Shown in pieces: positions 1-10,329 of a stretch of 64,000 nucleotides of DNA (the first letter of the stretch is position 1; every line of letters begins with the position of its first letter). Source of the DNA: Spirogloea muscicola (Eukaryota); contig WELB01000021.1 of NCBI GenBank assembly GCA_009602725.1, positions 803,502 to 867,501 of the forward strand. The letters are read 5' to 3'. Under the pieces are notes generated by a model. It saw only the letters and a list, made by a program, of their open reading frames with translations. It was not told where the DNA came from and ran no database searches. The position numbers were made by a program, and so were the translations under genes.

Positions 1-299
1 GCTGATGGCAGCCCCAGCAAGTGCGTCTTCTTGTCACCATCTGAGTGCAAGTCCGGCATGTTCCGGCACGTCATGGAGACGTGACAACCTTTCCACCCCT
101 CCGCTTTCCGAGGGATGGCAATGACCTGCTGCCTGTCATTGCTTGCTTTTGGCCACCATCATCCCCCCAATCTCCCTCTACCTTGGCGCTCCGCAAGTCG
201 CACTTGCTAGCAATTCCGCTGCCGGAAAAGGCGGGCGTAAGCAGCTGCAGCTCATGCCGTTGTGCAACAGTGCGGGCCGGCCCTTCCTGGGGACTGGGA

Positions 300-545
300 A
301 GAGCAGCGGCCGAATTGGGGAGGTCGATGCAACCTTGTAGCGCCTCTCTTCTCGGTGTTTGTGAGCTCGTCAGCGCTGCGTGGAGCTTTGCACTTGCTGA
401 GTTGAGGTTATTGAGAGCCCCCTTGCTGACGTCCTAGACACCAGTATCCTGCTTTTTGCGCCATCCGGCCGTTTCAGACCTTGTCCATTCCTTTGGGCTG
501 GCCTCTCACAGCTATTGCTGACACTCGGGAAGAGCTGTTTTCTTT
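300..545 (+). mobile_element. Degenerate CRE-like 3' end
   Basis: 428-540 matches 10948-11060 (GACGTC.TAGA..C.AGTATC.TGCTTTTTGC.CCATCCGGCC...GGGCTGGCCTCTCACAGC...GGAAGAGCTGTTT). Confidence 0.65.
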
Positions 546-2188
546 CACCTGGGAGTTGCTGATGGCAGCAGCGGCAGGCCAATGCGCCGGGCAGGGATGG
601 GGGTGAGATGGGATGAGGGCGTCAGGGCAACAAAGACGACGCCGCTGATGGCGCACTCCGGGGTTGCCGGCTTTGGCGGGAACGGCCCGTCTGGTCAGTT
701 CGTCGACACTCAGAGAAAGAAAGGACGCTTCCAGGAGAGGGCGGTGGCTGTGAGAAGAAGTGGCTCTCCAAAGGCAGCCAGCGTGCTGCTGCCGTCGTCG
801 CGCCAGCGAAGGCGTGCTGACAGCGAGCTGCTGGCGAGTGTCAATACAAGCGGACGAGCAGGCTCGTCCATGGCTCACGGCTGCCATGAGAGACAGATCT
901 TCCAACGTAAGGCAATGGCTGTGAGAGGCCAGCCCAGGGGTTAACGCAAGGTTTGTAAGGGCCGGAAGGCGCAAAAAAGCAGCAACAATGCTTCCCTTTT
1001 GCGGCGGGCAGCAAATCGCGGCGGGGGCATGCCGCGGCGGCGCGGTGGCGCTCGGCTTCGCTTTGTCGTCTCGTCGGGTTCGGGACGGGCTCCGTTTCGT
1101 TGGGGGAGTCTTCAACGCGCGCGAAGGCGGGAACGCGCCGCGTCGGTATCCTGTCGATGCCTCAGCTTTGCACGCGGACAGCCGCTCACATCGCCCGCCG
1201 GATGTTCGACGTCACTTCTCATTCATGGTGGTTATCAATCGGAAGAGTCTTCCTTCCATTCCCTCTGCTTTGCGCTTTCCGCTTGAGTTGGCCTCCATCT
1301 CAACTCATGCAAATAGCGAGCTTCTTCATGTCCGCTTCATCGCTGTTTCAAGAAGAGGCGCCTTTGGGATTGCTAGTGGGCGTTGAGGGCCAGTAGTGTT
1401 GACACATTCTGAATTCACTGAATCAGAGCACTTCAGCTTAGTGGCAAGGATACGCTGCATCTTGCACACCCTGCACAATACGGTAAGCAGTTTGTGGTCT
1501 GGTTCTCACAACCAGGCAACTCTTCAGGCCAATTACGGAGGCAGGTCCGTCCTGCTACTTGCTCGAGAATGAAGATGCCTACTGACTGCTTCCAAAGGGT
1601 CCTACTGACCATTCTAGAACTTGCCCACGCCCGCAAAGTTGGCAATCTTCTCCTCGCCCGGCCCTACAAGAGACCTTTACGTATTTGAACTTCTACTTGG
1701 CAGAGGCTTTCTGCAGCTTGATATTTTCGAGTCCATTCGAACTTTATCAAGCAAACAGTCCCCCGAAAATTGATCAAAGCCCTGTCATTGGCCTTCAACG
1801 GTCCTCTGCAGCAGCTGCAGCACAACTCTGGTCTCGGGAGAGGTAGGCTGTGGAGGCTGGGTAACGACCTTGACATGATCTTGACTTCTTGCTGGGCGCT
1901 GGGCACTGGAGCTGGTGACAAGTGCTGAGGTCGCTAGAGGCTCCAAGCTTCAAGCAGCAAGCTATGCATCATGCAACAAGATCCATCTCACAGGGAACGA
2001 ACTGGCTGTTTAGGCAAGGGCGTAAGGACCTCAATGGGGTCGTCAAATAGTGTACCCCGTAGCAGAAGCTTCTACAATGAAGTAATTACCTGACCCGATT
2101 AGCAGTATTCACATCTCATTCATGACTCTGCAGATTTGACTTGCCCTCTTCTATACCTTGGATAAAGCAAATGAATGTGAAGACAATA

Positions 2189-4201
2189 CTAAGATATGTC
2201 TGCAGAGGCTGGGCAGAATTCAGTGCTCTGACGGTTATCTTCAGGAATGTGGAAATGGCACAAGAACCTGCGGCAGGTTACCTTGTTCTCGGGACTGAGG
2301 AACTCATGGCTCCATTGCCACTCGATTCTTCCTCTCATGTCATGCACCAGGACATCGACTGCACCAGGGGTCCGACGGTTGTGTGCAAAGAGCGCAGCCG
2401 TGAAGTTGGGGGTCATGCGGCCAGGACCAAGCGTTGCATATCCCACAGGAGCATCAACCATGATCACATCCCAGTCCACATCATACAGCTGCCTGCACTG
2501 ACGGACGATAGTGTCATGGCCCAAGGACAGGTATGAAATGTGGGATCGGTGCGAGGTCTGATCTTGACATGGCAAGTGCTGCAGCACAGAAAGAGGAGTG
2601 ACAAGAGAGAAGCACAGGAGGCACAACTGAGGAGACATCTATCAGTGACAAATACTGCTTAACACCGAGATGCTGAAATGATAGATTACTTGGGTAGCTG
2701 TGTCAAGGTGATGTTGCACTTGCTTTACCCCACATCCTGATGGGGTGCACAATCACACGTCTGGTCGCCTGTGCATGTTGGAGGAGCGTGTTGGCTTGGT
2801 GAAGTTCTGTCTTGTACGGAACGTAGTACATCTCCAGGCGAAGTTTGGACTTTTCAAATTTCTGAAGCATCAATATGGAGAAAAGTGACTAAGATTTCTC
2901 AAGTTCATGAGCTCAGCGTGTGTGCCTTTCATCCAGCGTAAGTAGAACATGTGGTTGCAACTGATGCTGAATGAATGGCATTGGAATCACCTTCTCAAGA
3001 TTGACCATCCATACATGATCATCCTCCGGAAAAACTGTACGACCATCCACATTCAGTGCTGCCCAGATTGGGCTGTCCTGGCCCAGCCCAAAGACAAGCA
3101 TGTTGCACTGGTCCCCTTCGCTGGAGAATGTCGACCGTGATCAAGACCTCCTCCTAGTACGCAAGCAAACACACATGACAAGCACTTATAGCCCTAGCTT
3201 TTGACAAGCTTGCAACCTGCTGTTACGACATCAGTGAGCACTCACTAATTTGGACAACCCTACAAGCTTCTTGACTGGTCAAAGGGCTGCCAGCAGGTGT
3301 TGACTGCAAGTTTCCGCAAATCTGACAAGCTACAGCAAGGAGGTTCTCACCAAAGATTGCTGAGGAGTGAATGGGGAGGTGGCATAGTGAACAAGAGCCC
3401 TACCGGCTTGTTCTTGGAGGGCAGATCTCAGGCCAGCCTGCCGTTGCAACTTTGAGGAGCTCCTCTTGGAAGCCAGGCTGTATTCAGAACGTAACAGAGA
3501 AGATAGAAATTTGAACTTAGGCTCTGAGACAATCAATGGGGCAGCGCAAACATGGCAATGTCGACCTCTTCAAAAGCACAGCGGTTTGCAGCTAAGATTG
3601 ATGGAAAGCTGCTGGCTAGACACTCCTGCAGCTTGCAATGAGCTCGTGAACTGCCAAAGCGTATTGCCGGCAAAGCACCTAGCACGAGATGCCATGGCTC
3701 AAGACATGGTTCTGAAGGCCCTCCCGGCTTCCAAGTGCTTGTGCTATGTAAGGCAATGCCCTTGCCGTCAGTTGCTCGAGCCCGCCCTGGATAGCTAAAG
3801 CTCGCCAGAGGTGCATGGAGCTGAGTAGTCCAGTGCAGAGGGCAACAAGCATCACTACGCAGAAGCACGAAGGCTTACTCGGTGACATTGACCTCGAGCA
3901 TACGGGCAGGCCTCCAGATGCCTCTGCTGGTGGGACCAGCGTAGAGAAGAGCACAAACGACTCTGTGATTGCAGAAACAGGCACGAGCAGGGAGTTTGAG
4001 CCGAGGAGAGGGGAGTCAAGTCGCATGGTAGTCTGGAGAACTGACAACCGCCACGCAATCATACATGTTGTCAAGCGTCTGCGCGCGTACGCCGACTGCC
4101 GGGCAGCAGCATTCTCCGTTAGTGCAGCGAGTCGCTCACCCGGTAAGGATGGACACGGCGGCCAGTGTCACGAACTGGCCGACGGAGCGCAAGGGAGGCA
4201 T
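2189..4201 (-). pseudogene. DUF579 (GXM/AGM/IRX15-like polysaccharide methyltransferase family) gene with frameshifts
   Basis: Exons 3477-3351 (ALVHYATSPFTPQQSL), 3153-2991 (EEV...GP/CNMLVFGLGQDSPIWAALNVDGRTVF, +1 frameshift near 3107), 2861-2690 (YYVPYKT...SKCNITLTQLP, frameshifted) and 2492-2189 (YDVDWDVIMVDAP...PGRM...DVLVHD...EFL...HFHIP), all with GT/AG borders. The ATG at 4201 and upstream exons are tentative. Confidence 0.85.
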
Positions 4202-4659
4202 TGCCGCGAGCGCAGCGCCCAGGCCGGCTGCGCGCCTTCCCCACGGCGCCGGAGGGCCGTCGGAGGAGGGCCCGCCGGCGGCGAGGCTGCGCTGGATCCT
4301 CGGACCCTGAGCCCCGGGCCTCTGGCCTTGCATCCCGCCGCCGCGGCCCGCCGCTGGCGCCGCCGCGGCATGGCCGCAAAAAAAAAAAAAACCGCCGGGG
4401 CCCGGGCGGCGGCGCGGCGGGGGGCGCGGGCATGCGAAGCGGGTTGCCGGCGGGGTCGCGGGGCGGCGGTTCCAGTCCGCGATGCACCACCAAACAAGGG
4501 GAAAACCCTAAGCCTAAACAGACGGCGCTTCCCATCAAAAGGCAGTGGCTGGGAAAAGCCAGCCCACATGAGGAATCACGGGGACATTGCGCCGAATAGC
4601 TGTGCGCTTTCCGGCGCTTTCCAGTCTGCACCTCGCCCGCTCTCGTCATTCTTCTGGGC

Positions 4660-5115
4660 TGGCCCAATCTACCAGCTGCTAAGGACAGTGGCTCTCCCGA
4701 GAGCTAGTCTGTCCGATTTGAGGCTCCTCACTCGTAGCTACTGAGTGGTCCTTCCTACACCCGTTCAGGCAGAAACACTAAGAACAACGAGCACAAATAA
4801 AAACGAAGCAGCTACGAAGCACTCAGTACCCCTGCTAAGCAGCCTCAGGTCAGAGAGACTGGGTTCCTGGAAGCGGGTCCCCTGGCCAGAGCCAGAGGCA
4901 GCAGCGAGGGCTCTGCCTGCACGCTTCAGGCTCCTCACTCGTAACTACTGAGTGGTCCATCCTCCCCCGTTCTGACATAGCAGTTTCAGGCCCCTTCGTA
5001 GCTGCTTAGCGCTTGTAGGCCCCTCCGTCGTTTGGCCCCTTCGACCCTTCGTCAAATCTTTTCGGGCTCGCTATTCACAGCCCTCGCCCCCATTGGGAAA
5101 GCCACTTTCCTTCTC
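4660..5115. mobile_element. Nested CRE-like ends: antisense fragment (4767-4927) inside a sense 3' end, flanked by a ~45-bp direct repeat
   Basis: AGGCTCCTCACTCGTARCTACTGAGTGGTCCWTCCT...CCCGTTC occurs at 4721-4766 and 4928-4972. The inner segment is the reverse complement of the QEPSLSDLRLLSRG end. Confidence 0.75.
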
Positions 5116-5159
5116 CTGAGGGGGGGCGAGGGCCAGCTTGTAAAAGTTCGACAAGGCAA

Positions 5160-6710
5160 ACTCCACGCTTTTAGCGTGACGGCGTACGAGGCTTTTGACA
5201 CTGGCGTTCTGGCGAGCGCTGCCACTCTCCGCCAACACCCCGGTTTCCTTACCACGCCAGCCGCGCTGCTCCAGGCTAGCCTGCCCGTTAGCCGGGGCGG
5301 TTTGGGCTGCAGCCCAGTCGCCCGCGCCGGGCAGGCCGCCTACCTGGGCAGCTGGGCCCAGGTCGCCGCCCCCATCTGCCAGCGGTTCCAAGCTCACGGC
5401 AACCGCACCTTGGAGCGGGTGGTAGCTGAAGTGGAGAGCGGCCCGTTGCCCTTCCAGGCTGCTCTCCGCGCTGCCCGCGACGGGCTCATGGCGGCCTACC
5501 CCGACATGTCGAAGCAGGTCGTTCCTTTTGGCCACCTCGCGCACACCCCCGACCTGCGGACCCAGGCCCGCTTCACTGCGCTGGTGGACAAAGCGGCCTA
5601 TGACCAGGTGGCGGAGCTGTCGTGCGTTGTCCCGTCGGTGGTCGATTCGTGTCGGTGCTGAAAAGACTTCTTGCATTCTCGTGTGGCAAGACAGAGCTCC
5701 TTCCGCCGCACGACCTTCGAGGGCGCTCCCGGATCCTCTCCGCCTCCTCACCCGGGGCGGCGGCGTGGTTGTCAGTGCTCCCAATCTACGCGGCGCTCGC
5801 AATACCAGACGAGGTTTTCAAGACGGCGGTCCACCGGCTCCTGGGCCTCTTTCCTCCCTGCCTCGTCGGGGTCCAACAGTGCGAGTGTGGTGCCCGCCAC
5901 GATGACCCTGCGGCGCTGGCTGCCCACATGCTCCGCTGAGCGCACGGGGCGAGCGGACCGGTTCACACGACCTTCTGCGAGACGCCATGCAGGGTGTGTT
6001 CCTGGAGGCCGGCTACAAGGTGGCAGTGGAAAACACGACACTTATGCCCATCCAGCGGGGCGCCGACGGACAGCTCCACACCCGCCGCGCTGACCTAGTT
6101 GCCATCCGCCCGGAGGAGGTCCGCGTATCATCCGCAGATGTGGTGACTCAGACTGCGTCGACTCCGCCAACCCCGCAAAGTCGGCGACGCCCGCCGGGCA
6201 CGTGGTCGCTTTGGCGGCTCGGAGCAAGGAGGGCAAGTACGCTGACCACCCTCCAGGCGATGACTTCGCGGCCCTGGCCATTGACATGCACGGGGTCTTC
6301 GGCAGTGGCTGGTTGGATCTCCTCCAGCGGCTTGCCCGGCGGGCCATCGAGCGGCGGCCGCTTTCGCCAGGCTTCAATGCTGCCGGCTCCCTCGCTCAGG
6401 TATTTCGAATGAGACTGGCGGTCTCGCTCCAGCACTCTCAGGCTCATGCGGTCCACACGCGCGCTGGCCGCGCTATGACTGCTGCCTCAGGGTCTCGGCA
6501 GAGTGCCGCTTTGCCTGCTTCGAGTTATTCTGATTTGCTCTTGCTCACTCGTGGTTATTGAGCAACCAACTGCATCATTTCGTGTTTTGGTGTGTAGTTT
6601 TGTCTTTCCGGGCACTGTTTTGTGGCCTTTGAGGCCTGCGGACATTGTCCGTTCTTTTCTGGGCTGGCTTTGCTGGCCCCTCTTTTTCTATGGGCGAGCC
6701 GTCTTCATTT
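5160..6710 (+). mobile_element. CRE-clade-like non-LTR retrotransposon, 5'-truncated and degenerate
   Basis: LPVSRGGLG (RT thumb), AYLGSW, SPGAAAWL, CECG..H..HMLR(C>stop) knuckle, HD, RRADLV..D, KEGKY, ALAID.HG.FG, RLAVSLQ. Ends SDLLLLTRGY* at 6561, then a 3' UTR with stem-loop. Contains frameshifts and an insertion. Confidence 0.85.
5618..5693. mobile_element. 76-bp TGT...ACA insertion with 4-bp target duplication
   Basis: Ends TGTCGTGC...GCAAGACA (7/8 inverted match). GAGC is present at 5614-5617 and 5694-5697. Removing it restores VAELLPPHDLRGRSRILSASSPG, matching sibling elements. Confidence 0.75.
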
Positions 6711-6974
6711 AGCTGCCTGTCACGTCATACGGTGCCGCCCACTGGGCAGCTCGAGGCTCGCCGCCTCTAGGGCAAACCCCCACCCCCCCTTCAAACCAGC
6801 TTTTGCACTCACGTGCAGTTGCAGATCTAGGGTTAACATCTGCGGTTAATAGGTAGACTTGGCCGATTGAAAGCCATTGTGCTAACCTAACCTAGCCCAG
6901 GTAGATTGCGGGGTGACTGCACCACAGGGGCCAGATTGGTCCCGGGGTGGCGCCGCAGGTGTGAAACTGGTCCA

Positions 6975-7275
6975 GGAGAGAGGAAGAAAGTGCGCGCCCA
7001 TAGAGAAAAAGAAATAAGAGGGGCTGGCAGGCCAGCACGAAAAGAATGGACAAAATGCAAAAAGCCAAGAAGATGTCTACAAGAATATGACACAACTAGT
7101 CACAAGACGACGCAAGGGGAAGCTTAGTAACCCCTGCTAAGCAGCAGCAGCCGCAGGTCGGAGAAGCTGGCCTCCTGGTAGCGGGTCCCCAGGCCAGAGC
7201 CAGAGGCCGCAGCGAGGGCACGCCCGGCACGCAAATGCAACGCGCGAGCCGTGGACCTCTGCAGCGAGTCGGACA
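6975..7275 (-). mobile_element. CRE-like 3' fragment
   Basis: Reverse strand reads LQRS.ARALHLRAGRALAAASGSG...SDLRLLLLSRGY*, followed by the 3' UTR stem-loop. Confidence 0.8.
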
Positions 7276-7289
7276 GGCGCACAGGACAG

Positions 7290-7800
7290 AGGGCTGGCGG
7301 TGGGCAGCCCTGTCGGCAAAAAGATGCTGATCACCCGGTCGATGATGAATTCGCGGCCCTGGCGATGGATGTACACGGGGCTTTCGGCAGCCGCTGGCTG
7401 CATCTCCTTCAGCGGCTTGCTCGCCAGGCCATTGACCGGCGGCTGGGTCTGCCAGGGGCGATGCCCGGCTTCAACGCCGCCGGTTCGCTCGCACAAGTCT
7501 TCCGCATGCGCCTGGCCGTATCGCTCCAACGCTCCCTTGCCCACGCCGTCCACACGCGAGCAGGCCGTGCTATGGCCGCCTCCTCTGGGTCTCGGCGGAG
7601 TGCCTCTTTCCCGCAACGATCTACTCAGACCTGATGTTGCTCACTCGTGGGTACTGAGCTTCCCTGCATCGTCTCTGTATTCTGCAGTGTTTTGTAGTGT
7701 AGTCCTTTTTCCGGCTCCTCTTTCTTTGGCTTTGGACATTGTCCACTCTTTTTTGGGCTGGCTTTGCCAGCCCCTCTTCTCTATGGGCGCGCACTTCTCT
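7290..7800 (+). mobile_element. CRE-like 3' fragment (endonuclease C-terminus and 3' UTR)
   Basis: ADHPVDDEFAALAMDVHGAFGSRWL...RMRLAVSLQRS, then the UTR stem-loop at about 7737-7800. Confidence 0.85.
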
Positions 7801-7861
7801 GTACGCCTGTCACCGCAGGTGCCCATAAGTCCAGAACAGTAGCCTGGTGGTAGAAAAAACT

Positions 7862-8330
7862 AACGCGCCCATAGAGAAGAGGTCGACGAATGCAGCGAGT
7901 GCTGTCCACCTGCCACCACCAGAAGTAAAGAAGAGAAGAGGCTTCCAGGAGAGGGCGGTGGCTGGGAGAGGGAAGCTCAGTACCCGTGAGTGAGCAATAT
8001 CAGGTCTGAGTAGCTCGCTGCAGGGAAAGAGGCACTCCGCCGAGACCCAGAGGCGGCGGCCATAGCACGGCCTGCTCGCGTGTGGACGGCGTGGGCAAGG
8101 GAGCATTCAAGCGATACGGCAGGCACATGCGGAAGACTTGTGCGAGCGAACCGGCGGCGCTGAAGCCAGGGAGAGGCCAGCCCAAGAGGAAGGATTCACA
8201 AAGTCCGAAGGGACCAGGGAAAGCGCTGAAGCACACACGGAAACAAGTAGCTACGCAACAATTCCGTAAGCCCTACTAAGCAACCTCAGGTCGGAGAAAG
8301 TAGTCTCCTGGTAGCTGGTCCCCTGGCGAG
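7862..8330 (-). mobile_element. Two adjacent CRE-like 3' fragments
   Basis: 7969-8167 is a near mirror image of 7467-7665. 8170-8330 is a separate QETTFSDLRLLSR-type end with UTR. Confidence 0.75.
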
Positions 8331-8339
8331 CACCAGAAA

Positions 8340-9216
8340 GAAATTGCTCGCCCATAGAGGGTAGGGGCTGGGAAAGGCCAGCCCAAAGTGAATGGACAAA
8401 GTCCAAAGCGCCAGAAGGTGCCGAAAAAAAAAAAACACATCTAGATACAACTAGACCGCAGAAGGAAACACAGTATCCACGAGTGAGCAACAGCAAGTCT
8501 GAGTAACTCGCAGCGGGGAAAGAAGCATTCCAACGAGACGCAGATGCAGCCGCCATAGCGCGATCTGCGCGCGAGTTGACTGCATCAGCCAAAGAGCGCT
8601 GGAGAGAGACGGAGAGCCGCATGCGAAAGACCTGGGCAAGCGAGCCAGCCACGTTGAAACCCAACAGCTCCCCTGACGGACCCGACCGTCGATCGATCGC
8701 CTGCCGGGCAAGCCGCTGCAGGAGGTCTAGCCAGCGACTGCCGTAGGCCCCATGCACGTCGATCGCAAGTGCTGCGATTTCGTCCCCAACCGGGTGATCC
8801 GCGTACTTGCGTTCTCCACCACGAGCCGCCATGCCGACCGCGTGCCCTGCTGTCGACGCCGATTTCGTGGGGCTGGCGGAATCGGCGCAGTCAGCTGTCA
8901 CCACGTCCGCAAAGATGCGGGGGCCCCCTCCGGGCGGGATGGCGACCAGGTCAGCACGCCGGGTGTGGAGCTGATCGTCCGCGCCTTGCAGGATGGGCAT
9001 GACGGATGAGTTTTCCACCGCGACCGTATAGCCCGCATTCAGAAGCACGCCGTGCATGGCGTCCCTCACGAGGTCGTGGGAGCCGGTCCTCTCACCTCTG
9101 TGGGCACAACGGAGCATGTGGGCCGCCACCTCCGCAGGGTCGGCGTGGCGGGCCCCGCATTCGCATTGCACTACACCAACGAGGCAAGGAGGAAGGAGGC
9201 CCAGGAGCCGGTGGTC
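8340..9216 (-). mobile_element. CRE-like non-LTR retrotransposon, 5'-truncated (CCHC knuckle, endonuclease, UTR)
   Basis: Open frame HRLLGLLPPCL..CECGARH..AHMLRCAH.GERTGSHD...RRADLVA...IFADVVT...ERKYADH...SDLLLLTRGY within ORF 8251-9423. Confidence 0.9.
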
Positions 9217-9535
9217 AAATCTTTCACGTGGATTGGATGTTATCATCATTGATGCTCTTGTGGGCCGGCGACACAGCGCTCCTGGGCGGATGGCTCTCAT
9301 CTTCACAGCTGCGGTCTTTGCCCACAACAGACAGTCGCCTGGTGCAACTGACGTGCTGGTACACGATATTACCAGGAAAGTGGAGCAAGATTGGAGCGAT
9401 GAGTTTCTTTGTCTTGAGAACAAGGTTGCCTGCTCAGGGCGCTTGTGCCACTATAGCATTCCTGATAATGACCATTTGGGCACAAAATTATGCCAGGCCA
9501 AGAAAGACAAGCCTCAGACTTCTCTGATTGAATGA
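9217..9535 (+). pseudogene. Orphan last exon of a second DUF579 paralog
   Basis: QIFHVDW/DVIIIDA...APGRMALIFTAAVFAHNRQSPGATDVLVHD...DEFLCLEN...LCHYSIP aligns with the last exon at 2492-2189. There is a 1-bp deletion near 9237, and the upstream sequence is replaced by a retroelement. Confidence 0.85.
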
Positions 9536-10329
9536 ATTACTTGAATCCTTATTGGCCCCTCAGCTTGATATTTCGATACCACGTCCTCCCTTTTGACCTT
9601 TCCCCATGTAGTAGTTTGACGTCGTTGTACTCATGAGCACTGGCAGGGGTGAATCATCTGCATGCCAGGCAAGTAAGCCCCACAGCACTTGAATGTGCCC
9701 AATATGCCATGATGAAGGGACTGTACAATTATGACAAGCGACCTCATGGAGACTGGAAATTGCTTGTGTGGGTTGGTGTTTGCTCAATAGGACCAGCCTA
9801 ACACCTTGCTTCATGAGCTGGCATTATGCCACTTGGGCCGTTCACTTTGCAGTTTGCTCAGCTCCATCCGTCCTTGCTCCACGAATCTGCAACTCTAGGC
9901 TACTCTGGTGCTGGAGAAGTTGCTGGATCAGTGTGGGAAACTGCTCTGAAATTTGTCAGGCTAGATGGTGGGCAGGCCGCGGCAGGCCAAGGCGACCAAG
10001 GACGCTGACGGCCACCACAGGCTGCTCTGTGAATCATTGCTATTTATGCAAACAAGTCTCGTCTATGCAATGGCTGAACTTGCTGCTGAGGCTGGCATGC
10101 TAGGCGAAGGTGACAGGCAAAAGCAGCGAGTAGTGAGGTATCAATGTCGTAAGCTTTTTCGCCTTCTCCCACCACTCTATTGCCTTCTCCCACCACAAGA
10201 GTGGTGGAATATCTCCCACTACAAGAGTGGTGGGAGAAGGTGTCTTGTTTTGTCTTCCTGAAGGGACCGCAGACATGCGCCGTAGAGTCGATGTGCGCCA
10301 GGAACCTGCACAAGTAGCAGCCTCGGTGT

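Noticed and set aside
3815..4744. Long GC-rich six-frame ORFs (also 474-1115, 43233-44009, 47455-48183, 61056-61907)
   Set aside because: Arg/Ala/Gly/Pro-rich with no recognisable domains. They are expected from stop-poor GC-rich sequence or run antisense to real features.
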